Below, piece after piece: positions 51,266 through 60,316 of a stretch of DNA of 64,000 bases. Both the position numbers and the translations under genes were made by a program. Source of the stretch: Desulfobacteraceae bacterium (GTDB lineage: Bacteria; Desulfobacterota; Desulfobacteria; Desulfobacterales; SURF-7); assembly GCA_003599865.1 (NCBI GenBank), contig QZKS01000088.1, positions 6,682 to 70,681 on the forward strand. The letters are read 5' to 3'. The notes under the pieces were generated by a model, which had not been told where the DNA came from, ran no database searches, and was given only the letters and a program-made list of their open reading frames with translations. The number at the start of each line of letters is the position of its first letter. Position 1 is the stretch's first letter.

Positions 51266-53654
51266 TGCTGCTTCTCCGGATGATTTCATCTTTCATTTTG
51301 GGAGACAGATCGTTGAAATAAGCGGAATAACCGGAAACCCGGACAAGAAGATGGGGATACAGATCCGGATTGTTCTTGGCGGCCAGTAACATGGAAGGGT
51401 CAAGGACATTCACCTGAACCTGCATGCCGCCTTTTCGGAAATAGGTTGACAGCACACTTTTCAAGGCAAGTTTTCCGGTTGGTCCACGGAGCGTATGGCT
51501 GTCAAACTTCAGGTTAAAATTGACACCGTTGGCGATTTTGGAAAAATCAATTCGATTCACCGAATTGATGAGAGCCGTTGGCCCAAGCCTGTCCATTCCA
51601 TTGGATGGAGAAATCCCGGAGGAAAAGCTTTCTCCTTTTTTTCTGCCGTTGGGAAGAGCACCGGTAACTCTTCCATAATATTCATGGATGGTAACCGAGT
51701 AAAGACCCGGAACATAACGGCCGCCTCGGGTATTCCGGTATTGGTTCAATTGCCGTGTAAATTGCTCCACCACATAAACCGTCCATTTGTCTGCATCCGG
51801 TTGGTCATTACCGAATTTTTCAATGGCTTTTAAATAATTCCGGAGGGAATTGTCCGGCAGGTTGAGGCTGAGTTGTTTCACCAGCGCGGGGAGGGTGATT
51901 TTTTGATCGGTAAATACCGCTTTTTCAATGGCAAAAAGGGAGTCGCCGGTATCTGCCGGAGCCACACATTGAATACCGGAAAAGTTGTAACGGGCTCCTC
52001 CTGCCGTAGAGCAAATCCCGTTTTCCAGACACCCCTCCAGAAGAGAGCTGGTAAGGGGGGTTGGATGATATTTTCGATTGGCCGTTTCAATGGCCTGAAG
52101 ATCTTTGATCAGCCGGGATACCTGATCGGCAAGCTGGATTTCAAAAGCGGTTTTTACATCCTCCATGGACCGCATGTTTTTGACGGGCATGCTTTTGGCT
52201 CCGGACCGGAACCGGGAACCGAACCGTCTGCCCTGGTTGAGCGCCAGCTCCAGAATCAGCGGTACATTCAACAGCGCGGCATCGGTTGATGAAAAGCTTT
52301 TTCCCTGTGCCACGGGTTCAACACACCCCACGCCGGTATAATCCCTTGCATCTTCGATGGAATATCCGTGATGAACCATGGTATCCACAATAACCGTATC
52401 ATTATACAAGGCCGGGGAATTGCTGCCGTTGGCCAGCATGGTATGGATTTTTTCCAGATATTGTTCAGGGGATTTGTCTGAAATCCGCGCATGATAATTG
52501 GGTTGCCGCATTCGCAGTTCATCCATGATTTCCAGAAAAACATAGGTCAGTTCATTGGTTCCGTCTGTTCCATCCGGTCGCAATCCCCCTACCGTAACCA
52601 CCTGACCGTTGAACATGCCCCCATGAATATTGGTGAGGTATTCTGAAAAAACAGGTATGATTTCAGACATTTTAATGGAAAATGCCGAGAGGAGTTCCTT
52701 GGCTTTATCCCGAGTGATTTGCTTGCGCTGCAAATCGGCTTCATAAAAAGGATACAGATACTGGTCCATCCTTCCCGGGCACACCGAGTTATCCAGACTT
52801 TCCAGGTTAATGGCAATCTGGGCAAAAAAGAGGGACTGGACAGCTTCCTGAAAGGATGAGGCGCCTTTTTGGGGCACATTTCTACAGGTTTGGGCTATCG
52901 TGAATAATTCCTGTTTTCGACCGGCATCGGATTCAGCACTTGCCATTTTTTCAGCAAGATGCGCATAGCGTTGTCCGAACTTTGCAAGTGCATCTGCAAT
53001 GATTTTCACCGCCTCATAAAAACACCATTTTTCCGTTCCCTGGATTGAATTTTTCTGAAATCCGGAGGCCTCGGCAAGGATTCCATCCGTGCCGATGGAG
53101 ATCAGTTTTTCATAATCCGGAGCAATGTGGGAGATTCCGCCTGACTCGTTAATGATATAGAAATGGCCTTTCAGCTGATGAATCAGCAGCCGGATGAGTT
53201 GATAGGGGGAGCGGTAAGCCTTGAGAGCCATAAATCGGAACATCCAGAATGGAATGATTTTCAACAGATTCCAGATTTCAATGCCGGAAATCCGGAGCGG
53301 ATTGGTTTTTCGTTTGGAGAATTTGAAAATATCCAGCAATACGGGAACGCCATGAAGCTCAGGAAAAATGGACCCGCCGACTCTTTTGGAGGAATAATTG
53401 CCGACAATCAGTTCGTCAGGGTAGATGCGGATTTTTTTGTTCAGCAATACCTCACGCAAGGATTCCGCCATCTGAATATGGGCGGACTTTTTGCGGTTAT
53501 CCGATTGTTTGTGGTAGGCTGTCCAGATGCAGGCCCGATCCGTACAGATCCCGGGAGAGGCTGTCTGTACGGAATTTTTCAAGCGCATCACCCGCGATGG
53601 TTTTTTTTCTTCGGTTACCGGTCTTCCCAGGTGATCAGTCGTAAAGAACAGCAT
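51255..53654 (-). CDS. Glycyl radical enzyme (PFL2/eliminase-type, specificity unassigned)
   Basis: The C-terminal glycyl-radical motif is LLVRVSGYSAYFNDL and the thiyl loop is GVGCVEP (Cys-x-Glu). The ATG at 53654 follows AAGGAGGA plus 5 nt; the ORF opens at 53672. Confidence 0.9.
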   Translation of the reverse strand: MLFFTTDHLGRPVTEEKKPSRVMRLKNSVQTASPGICTDRACIWTAYHKQSDNRKKSAHIQMAESLREVLLNKKIRIYPDELIVGNYSSKRVGGSIFPELHGVPVLLDIFKFSKRKTNPLRISGIEIWNLLKIIPFWMFRFMALKAYRSPYQLIRLLIHQLKGHFYIINESGGISHIAPDYEKLISIGTDGILAEASGFQKNSIQGTEKWCFYEAVKIIADALAKFGQRYAHLAEKMASAESDAGRKQELFTIAQTCRNVPQKGASSFQEAVQSLFFAQIAINLESLDNSVCPGRMDQYLYPFYEADLQRKQITRDKAKELLSAFSIKMSEIIPVFSEYLTNIHGGMFNGQVVTVGGLRPDGTDGTNELTYVFLEIMDELRMRQPNYHARISDKSPEQYLEKIHTMLANGSNSPALYNDTVIVDTMVHHGYSIEDARDYTGVGCVEPVAQGKSFSSTDAALLNVPLILELALNQGRRFGSRFRSGAKSMPVKNMRSMEDVKTAFEIQLADQVSRLIKDLQAIETANRKYHPTPLTSSLLEGCLENGICSTAGGARYNFSGIQCVAPADTGDSLFAIEKAVFTDQKITLPALVKQLSLNLPDNSLRNYLKAIEKFGNDQPDADKWTVYVVEQFTRQLNQYRNTRGGRYVPGLYSVTIHEYYGRVTGALPNGRKKGESFSSGISPSNGMDRLGPTALINSVNRIDFSKIANGVNFNLKFDSHTLRGPTGKLALKSVLSTYFRKGGMQVQVNVLDPSMLLAAKNNPDLYPHLLVRVSGYSAYFNDLSPKMKDEIIRRSSIIN

Positions 53655-54582
53655 GGATTTCCTCCTTTTCAAACAATTCTTGGATTTCTTGAAGATTTTT
53701 CAGATCCAGAGGCGTGATATTCATGGGGCGTAAGGATGTATCGATTCGGTTCAGCTTGGCCTCGCCCAGCGGATGATACGGAAGCAAATGGATGCTTTCC
53801 TGCTGATTCTTCTTCAGGAAGCGGGCTGTTTCCCGGATATTATCGGGCGCGGTATTGACACCCGGGATAACCGGCATTCTCGCCTGAACAGCCATTCCGC
53901 TTTTCGATAACCAGATGAAATTATCCAGTATGTTGGCATTCCCTTTTCCGGTAAACTGTTTGTGGATGGAATCATTCATATGTTTGAGGTCATAGAACAC
54001 AAGATCAAGCAAGGGAAGCAGTTTTTCGATATTGGTCCAGGACATCATACCACAGGTCTGGATGGTCGTATGAATATGTTTCTCCCGTATCATGGGAAGC
54101 CAGGCCAGCAGAAAATCCGTTTGAAGAAGCGGTTCTCCGCCGGAAAGGGTAATGCCTCCATTGGAGTCCTGAAAAAAGGCGATGTCCTTTACGACTTCAT
54201 TCGTAAGATCCGTTAGGCCCCATTCCTTTCCCACCAGTCGGAGACTGTTTGTAGGACATTTGGAAACGCAAAGGCCGCATGCCGTGCATCTTTCAGGATC
54301 AAATCGAAGGGCCAGAGTTTCAGAGATGGCATTTTCCGGACAGATTTGTTTACAGGTGAAGCAATGGATACAGCTTTCTGCATAGAAAATCAGTTCCGGT
54401 TGCGCGCGATGGGATTCCGGGTTTTGACACCATACACAGGATAACGGGCAGCCCTTGAAAAAACAGGTTGTGCGAATTCCCGGTCCATCATGAAGGCAAA
54501 ACCGCTGAATATCAAAAATGACGGCCTTTTCTCCGGGATAATGCAAGTTACCATCCTTTTCCATCATGGGAATGTTATGCAT
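53635..54582 (-). CDS. Glycyl-radical enzyme activating protein (radical SAM with two auxiliary ferredoxin-like clusters)
   Basis: Contains CPLSCVWCQN (CxxxCxxC), CIHCFTCKQICP and CTACGLCVSKCP. Its stop overlaps the start of the glycyl radical enzyme gene. Confidence 0.9.
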   Translation of the reverse strand: MHNIPMMEKDGNLHYPGEKAVIFDIQRFCLHDGPGIRTTCFFKGCPLSCVWCQNPESHRAQPELIFYAESCIHCFTCKQICPENAISETLALRFDPERCTACGLCVSKCPTNSLRLVGKEWGLTDLTNEVVKDIAFFQDSNGGITLSGGEPLLQTDFLLAWLPMIREKHIHTTIQTCGMMSWTNIEKLLPLLDLVFYDLKHMNDSIHKQFTGKGNANILDNFIWLSKSGMAVQARMPVIPGVNTAPDNIRETARFLKKNQQESIHLLPYHPLGEAKLNRIDTSLRPMNITPLDLKNLQEIQELFEKEEIHAVLYD

Positions 54583-54717
54583 TTTTATGGCTGAATACTA
54601 ACAAACAGACCATACGGTCTTTAAGTTGAAAACTAACACACCCCTTTCCTTTTTGTCAAATGATTTGCTCTGTATTTAATAATAGAAAAAAACCCGATAC
54701 AGGGATAAGCATTTGGA

Positions 54718-55461
54718 TCAGGAAAACAGGTTGAATCTCATAAGTCCCATTTTTGCAAGACGGAATTGAAAGGCTGTTGCCAGGCATCCAATTCCATATC
54801 GGGTACTTCTTGAGAAGTTTATAGAAGAGGCTTCCGGAAAATATTTGGTCGGGCAGCTGACTTCCGCAATGGTGTAACCGAGCCACAAAATTTGCGCCAG
54901 AATTTGATTGTCAAATAAAAAATCATCTGAGTTCCGTTCCAGGGGAAGCTGACGGATCAGTTGCCCGGAAAATGCGCGATAACCGGTATGATATTCTGAA
55001 AGTTTAGCACCGGTTAATACATTTTCCGTTAGTGTTAAAAAGCGGTTGGCAATATATTTCCAGATCGGCATACCGCCTTTCAGGGCATACCCGCCGAGTA
55101 TTCGGGATCCAAGCACACAATGATATAGTCCGTTTCCGATCATGGATGCCATGGCCGGGATCAACTGGGGAGTATATTGATAGTCGGGATGAATCATGAT
55201 GATGATGTCACCACCATGGTCAAGAGCGATCCGATAACATGATTTTTGGTTTCCCCCGTATCCGAGATTATAAGGGTGCGGATGAACAATTGTCCGGGGA
55301 AGGGAGTTGGCAATCGAGACAGTCTGGTCGCTGCTGCTGTCATCAACGACAATGACCAGGTCAACGATTTCCTGAGCCAGAACCTCATCATGCGTTTTTT
55401 TCAGGGTTTTTGCTGCATTAAAGGCCGGCATGACGACGATGACTTTTTGATCATTATACAT
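54718..55461 (-). CDS. Family 2 glycosyltransferase
   Basis: Contains VIVVMPAFNAAKTL...VIVVDDSSSDQT with a DxD-type GT-A fold signature. Confidence 0.8.
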   Translation of the reverse strand: MYNDQKVIVVMPAFNAAKTLKKTHDEVLAQEIVDLVIVVDDSSSDQTVSIANSLPRTIVHPHPYNLGYGGNQKSCYRIALDHGGDIIIMIHPDYQYTPQLIPAMASMIGNGLYHCVLGSRILGGYALKGGMPIWKYIANRFLTLTENVLTGAKLSEYHTGYRAFSGQLIRQLPLERNSDDFLFDNQILAQILWLGYTIAEVSCPTKYFPEASSINFSRSTRYGIGCLATAFQFRLAKMGLMRFNLFS

Positions 55462-55572
55462 TTTTCAACATCAGCAATAGAGGGATTTTTATTTCACGGG
55501 CGCCTGGATTCCAGATCATTGCAACTTTTTTTAAAGCACGCTTTCCCCCGGGGACCGGCATATATTTACAGA

Positions 55573-55998
55573 TCAATAGGTAACCTTGTAGGATCGTTTG
55601 TCATTGGTTCGTGCAAATCCATAGCCGTCTCCGCCTTTAAAAGAGTCATATCCCAGAAATACTTCCATCATCAGATCTGTTTTTTCCGATCTCAGAAGAG
55701 CATAAACATCCGCACGGATTCCATGAGGTACGCCGGACCCGAAACCGGATCTGGGAGGTGGATCCGGCAGTTTGAATTCCTTTTCAGAGGGATAGGGATT
55801 CTCCGTCACCGGGCGATATTTTCCCGTCAATATATCTCCATCCGGCATGACAACCGTTATTTCTTTGTAAACATTATCATATCGGCCTTTCAGGGTATGT
55901 CCGGAATCTAGATTTTTCAGCTTCAGGTGAGAGGTGCAACCCGTCATCAAAAATCCAATAAGCATAAAGATAAGAAAAGGTATTTTATTCCGATTCAT
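55573..55998 (-). CDS. Putative lipoprotein
   Basis: The ATG at 55998 follows AGGAGA plus 7 nt. The product starts MNRNKIPFLIFMLIGFLMTGC, a lipobox-like sequence. The ORF track opens at 56067. Confidence 0.55.
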   Translation of the reverse strand: MNRNKIPFLIFMLIGFLMTGCTSHLKLKNLDSGHTLKGRYDNVYKEITVVMPDGDILTGKYRPVTENPYPSEKEFKLPDPPPRSGFGSGVPHGIRADVYALLRSEKTDLMMEVFLGYDSFKGGDGYGFARTNDKRSYKVTY

Positions 55999-56019
55999 TG
56001 CGCTCTCCTGTCGGATCAT

Positions 56020-56056
56020 CCGGAATGGTCCGCCGGAATGGTCCGCCGGAATGGTC
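56020..56056. repeat. 13-bp tandem direct repeat (about 2.8 copies)
   Basis: CCGGAATGGTCCG occurs at 56020-56032 and 56033-45, with a partial copy at 56046-56. It lies just upstream of the lipoprotein start. Confidence 0.9.
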
Positions 56057-56311
56057 TGATTGATCATTGATAACTGTTGATTCCGTATCCGGGTTCAGTG
56101 TGTTCTTCTGGATCTGGATTATCAAAACAGTTAATCCACTTGATGAGCATGTGTCAATTGAAAAGATATCGGAGGGGTCGGTCCTGACTATTGGTAAACA
56201 TTTTCTGAAACCGATTGGGGGGTTGATTTTTCAGGGGCATCCCTTATCTTGTTGAATAATTGATTCCTATCCATGAACCCACAATGATTCAATGAATCGT
56301 ATGGAGGTATT

Positions 56312-56794
56312 ATGCAGGTTCTTGTTTTATATTATTCAAAAGGCGGAAATACCCGGAAACTGGCAGAAGCAATTGCATGGGGCGTTGAGCGTGTCGATGG
56401 TGTCACGGCGCGTTTACAAAAAACAGATACGGTCACGACAAGTGATTTTTTGAATTCTGACGCCGTGATAGCGGGGTCACCGGTTTATTTCGGCGTAATG
56501 GCGGCACAGCTCAAAAAGGTGTTTGATGATTTTGTGGGTGTCCGGAAAAAAATGGAAAACAAAATCGGAGCTGCTTTTACAACATCAGGAGATCAGTCGG
56601 GCGGCAAGGAAACAACCATGATGTCCATCATCCAGGCCATGATGATTTATGGAATGATCATTGTCGGTGACCCATTGTCGGCAACCGGACATTACGGTGT
56701 TTCCTGTGTCGGCAGCCCGGATGAAAAAACAGAGAATAATGGGATGATGCTGGGACAGAGGGTTGCGGAACTGGTAAAAAAGATAAGGGGATAA
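56312..56794 (+). CDS. Flavodoxin-like fold protein (WrbA/NAD(P)H-quinone-oxidoreductase-like)
   Basis: Starts MQVLVLYYSKGGNTRKLAEAI, an FMN-binding loop, and contains SPVYFG. Length is 160 aa. Confidence 0.75.
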   Translation: MQVLVLYYSKGGNTRKLAEAIAWGVERVDGVTARLQKTDTVTTSDFLNSDAVIAGSPVYFGVMAAQLKKVFDDFVGVRKKMENKIGAAFTTSGDQSGGKETTMMSIIQAMMIYGMIIVGDPLSATGHYGVSCVGSPDEKTENNGMMLGQRVAELVKKIRG

Positions 56795-56877
56795 TGGAAA
56801 AAATATCACTTGACATCCTTCAGAAGGCGGCCTAATTTTTCTATTTTTTTATTTCGATGTAAAAAAGGAGTGTTGAC

Positions 56878-57732
56878 ATGAAATCACGTCAGGATGGTAT
56901 CAGCATCGCCTCGAGCCCGGATCAGGCAAAGAAAGCGGATCCCGATGCATCATTGAAGAATTCTTTGCATAAGATAAAACACATTTTCATGATTATGAGT
57001 GGAAAGGGCGGTGTCGGGAAAAGCAGTACCTCCGTTAATCTTGCCATTGCGCTGGCAGGAAAGGGGTTTCAGGTCGGCCTTATGGATGTGGATATTCATG
57101 GCCCGGATATTCCCAGGATGCTTGGCCTTTCGGCAATGCTGGATCTGGATTCAGAGCAGAAGCTTGTTCCGGCGGCTTTTTCAGAGAACCTGAAGGTCAT
57201 GTCCGTCGAGTCCTTGAGCATCAACAAGGATGATGCCATTATCTGGCGAGGACCGATGAAATATTCAGCCATTCGACAGTTTATAGCCGATGTCGCCTGG
57301 GGGGATCTTGATTTTCTTTTGATAGACGCTCCCCCGGGAACAGGGGATGAGCCCTTGACTATCGCTCAGATCATTCCCCATGCAAAAGCAATTATCGTGA
57401 CTACTCCTCAGGAGATTTCATTGGCAGATGTGAGAAAGTCGATCAGTTTTTGCAAGACCGTAAAAATGGAGATATTTGGACTGGTTGAAAATATGAGCGG
57501 ATTTGTCTGCCCGCATTGTAATGAAGCCCTGGATATGTTTGGTTCCGGAGGAGGAGAAAAAACAGCGCAAGAGGCGGGAATTGCTTTTCTGGGTAAAATA
57601 CCGTTTGATACAAAGATGGTATCCTGCGGGGATCAAGGTGTTTCCTTTCAGGAAAAGCATGCTGATTCGGCGGTGGGAAAGGCGTTTTTGAACATCGCGG
57701 AAAGAATGGCCAGCCTGGTTTCCGGAAGATGA
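56878..57732 (+). CDS. apbC: Mrp/NBP35/ApbC-type Fe-S cluster carrier ATPase
   Basis: Deviant Walker A MSGKGGVGKSS and the CPHC cluster-bridging motif. Confidence 0.88.
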   Translation: MKSRQDGISIASSPDQAKKADPDASLKNSLHKIKHIFMIMSGKGGVGKSSTSVNLAIALAGKGFQVGLMDVDIHGPDIPRMLGLSAMLDLDSEQKLVPAAFSENLKVMSVESLSINKDDAIIWRGPMKYSAIRQFIADVAWGDLDFLLIDAPPGTGDEPLTIAQIIPHAKAIIVTTPQEISLADVRKSISFCKTVKMEIFGLVENMSGFVCPHCNEALDMFGSGGGEKTAQEAGIAFLGKIPFDTKMVSCGDQGVSFQEKHADSAVGKAFLNIAERMASLVSGR

Positions 57733-57785
57733 TCCTGCCGGGAACAGGAATCCGGTTTTATACGATATTCCTGAAAGGATGAACT

Positions 57786-58097
57786 TCAATGTCCGGGTTT
57801 GGCTTTAATTTTTTCCCATGCGGCCAATACTTTTTCCCGTATTGTTTTTTCGCTGATAAAGTTTGCGCTGTTCAAATATTTTTCAATGCTGGTAATCTGA
57901 ATATACCGCGGAGGGATTGAATTTAAAGACAGGGCAAACAGATCTTCAATGCAAATGGGGCATCGGCAAAGTGTTTGATCTTTCCACAAGATCTCCCGAA
58001 TGACTTTCAGAACCAGAATTTCGTTATAGTTAAAGATATCACTGACCGAACAGTCTTCGATCGTATAATCAATTCCATCTCTGTTGAAAATTTCCAT
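57786..58097 (-). CDS. ComFB-like domain protein
   Basis: NEILVLKVIREILWKDQTLCRCPICIEDLFALSLNSIPPRY fits the ComFB CxCxxCxxD...LN.LPP.Y pattern. The internal ATG at 58097 (104 aa) was chosen because the longer ORF (to 58337) overlaps the mutL 3' end. Confidence 0.55.
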   Translation of the reverse strand: MEIFNRDGIDYTIEDCSVSDIFNYNEILVLKVIREILWKDQTLCRCPICIEDLFALSLNSIPPRYIQITSIEKYLNSANFISEKTIREKVLAAWEKIKAKPGH

Positions 58098-58236
58098 GGC
58101 AGCCTGCCTTGTAATATATGATATGAATCGGATCTGAAATAACGGGAAAACAGGAAGATCAATATCGATCACCGATCGAATGTTACAATAGTACAGCAGA
58201 TGATTCCGGTCAATGACAATGGTGTCCTCATTTTGT

Positions 58237-60099
58237 TTATAGAATCCGCTTGAATTTTTTTTCAAGTTCAACAATTGGCCAGCTGATTCGTATGGGACGT
58301 CCATGCGGACAGTGCGAAGGATTCTCGCATGAAGCAAGCTGATCGATTAGTCCCGTCATTTCCTTTACCGAGAGAGCCTGATTTGCCCGAATCGATCCGT
58401 GACAGGCCATCAGGATCAGGCATTCATCCAGGATTTTTTCAATCCCATCGGAAAAACCGATATCGGTGATGCTTTCCACCATTTCCATAATAAATGGTTT
58501 GACTTCCTTATCCGATATCAGGGATGGGATCGTTTTGACGGCAAACGCAGTGCCGCCAAACGGCTCCATTTCAAGGCCGTAATGTAAAAGTCCGGGAATG
58601 AGTTTTTCAAGGGTAATGCTTTCCTGATATCCCAGGTCGATGATTTCCGGTATCAGCAGCTTTTGAGCAAGGGAGCCGGTTATTTTGGATTTTCTTTTTA
58701 AATGCTCAAAGAGGATTCGCTCATGGGCGGCATGCTGGTCAAATAAAATCAGTTCATTTTCAGATTCGCAGACAATGTATGTATTATGAAGCTGGCCGAT
58801 AACGGCAAGCTGGGCTTGGGTTTCGGTCGACGGAACATGCTCTTTTTGCATTTCCGGATCATCGTGATGGGGTGTTCTGCTGATGTGGTTAACGGAATGT
58901 CTCAATGAAAGGTATGGATATTGTTCTTCGGCTATGATTTCCTTCCTATCGTCAAGTTCCAATAGCGGTTCTTGAGAAGAAACCGGAAAGGGGATTTCCT
59001 TGTTCTGATGCGGATTTTTCGAAAACGCAGGTGTCGGCTCTGCTTCATGGCTTGGGAACAGGGGGTTTTGTTTCCTCTGATTTTGTGAAATGGGTTTGAA
59101 CTTTTTATGCTCAATATCATCCCATGTCCGGAACACCGCCGACTTCAGGGTTTCATACACATTCCGATAACCTGTAAATCTGACCTCATGTTTTGTGGGG
59201 TGGACATTGACATCAAGCTGTTCATGCGGAACGTCGATGTAGAGGACGGCGACCGGAAAACGGCCTTTCATGAGTCTTCCCCGGTAGCCTTCGAACAGGG
59301 CATGCTGTAACCCCCTGTCTCGTATAAAACGGCCATTCACATACAGATAGATTTTTTGGGATGTGCTTCGCGTAAGAGACGGAGAAGATATCCAGCCGTA
59401 CACAGTGACATCCTGGCTTTCCATCCGCAGTTTATGCAGATCTCCTCGAATGTCCTGCCCGAACACGGATGAAACCCGATCCAGGGGATTGTCTGTAGGC
59501 GGCCAGTTTTTGACGGTTTTCCCATTATGCGTGATCCGGAATCCGATTTCCGGACACCCCAGTGCAACTGCGGACACAGTTTCCAGGATATGACCCATTT
59601 CAGTATCAGTCGCTTTTAAAAACTTGCGCCGGGCAGGTATATTGTAAAACAGATTGTTAACATCGATCATGGTGCCGACAGGAGTGCCCACTTCCATGAC
59701 ATTCCTGATTTTTCCGCCGTCAATCAGAATCTTGGTTCCGGTTTCCGAGGAGGCATCCCTGGTGGTCAGGGAAAATCGGGAGACAGCGGCAATACTGGGC
59801 AACGCCTCTCCCCGAAAGCCCAGTGTTTTAATGGAAAACAGGTCTGCATCCGTATGAATTTTGCTGGTCGCATAACGTTCGATGGAGAGCAACGCATCAT
59901 CCCGGTTCATTCCTGATCCATTATCGGAAATACGGATCAAGGATCGGCCGCCGTTTTCAATATCAATCAGGATGCGGGAGCTATTTGCATCAATCGCATT
60001 TTCAAGAAGTTCTTTGACAACAGAAGCCGGCCGCTCGACAACTTCTCCTGCTGCGATCTTGTTGGATAGAATATCAGGCAGTATTTGAATTCTCGGCAC
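58237..60099 (-). CDS. mutL: DNA mismatch repair protein MutL
   Basis: Contains IQILPDILSNKIAAGEVVERPASVVKELLENAIDA and the C-terminal endonuclease-type motif region (DQHAAHERI). Confidence 0.95.
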   Translation of the reverse strand: MPRIQILPDILSNKIAAGEVVERPASVVKELLENAIDANSSRILIDIENGGRSLIRISDNGSGMNRDDALLSIERYATSKIHTDADLFSIKTLGFRGEALPSIAAVSRFSLTTRDASSETGTKILIDGGKIRNVMEVGTPVGTMIDVNNLFYNIPARRKFLKATDTEMGHILETVSAVALGCPEIGFRITHNGKTVKNWPPTDNPLDRVSSVFGQDIRGDLHKLRMESQDVTVYGWISSPSLTRSTSQKIYLYVNGRFIRDRGLQHALFEGYRGRLMKGRFPVAVLYIDVPHEQLDVNVHPTKHEVRFTGYRNVYETLKSAVFRTWDDIEHKKFKPISQNQRKQNPLFPSHEAEPTPAFSKNPHQNKEIPFPVSSQEPLLELDDRKEIIAEEQYPYLSLRHSVNHISRTPHHDDPEMQKEHVPSTETQAQLAVIGQLHNTYIVCESENELILFDQHAAHERILFEHLKRKSKITGSLAQKLLIPEIIDLGYQESITLEKLIPGLLHYGLEMEPFGGTAFAVKTIPSLISDKEVKPFIMEMVESITDIGFSDGIEKILDECLILMACHGSIRANQALSVKEMTGLIDQLASCENPSHCPHGRPIRISWPIVELEKKFKRIL

Positions 60100-60113
60100 A
60101 GTTCCTTCTTTAT

Positions 60114-60311
60114 CTATTCCTGAGAGACATTTTCCTTTCTGTAAAAGCGGATGATAAACTCACTCTCATTGGGTGACAGGTCAAACCGGATGCACGCTTC
60201 ATTGATCAGCTTGCCGATTTGTATTTCCGGTCGGCATTCCTGTTCTTCGGAAATCCATTTGATCGCTTTGCGCAGCGCTTCTCCTTCAGGCATAATACTC
60301 ATTTCATCCAT
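60114..60311 (-). CDS. Hypothetical small protein
   Basis: 65-aa ORF packed between mutL and gatA on the same strand. I recognise no motif. Confidence 0.4.
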   Translation of the reverse strand: MDEMSIMPEGEALRKAIKWISEEQECRPEIQIGKLINEACIRFDLSPNESEFIIRFYRKENVSQE

Positions 60312-60316
60312 CCTTC

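Noticed and set aside
44341-54582. Direct assignment of the island as the known taurine to sulfoacetaldehyde to isethionate to sulfite (Tpa/Ald/SarD/IslAB) route, or as the sulfo-transketolase sulfoquinovose route
   Set aside because: The aminotransferase-plus-Ald logic and a Cys-x-Glu GRE are compatible with those routes. However, no sulfoacetaldehyde reductase, sugar isomerase, sulfonate transporter or sulfite-handling gene is present. I also cannot distinguish IslA/HpsG from other eliminases by eye. It is kept only as one hypothesis to test.
56020-56056. Possible CRISPR or other repeat array
   Set aside because: There are only about 2.8 directly abutting 13-bp units with no spacers. This is a simple tandem repeat, not CRISPR.
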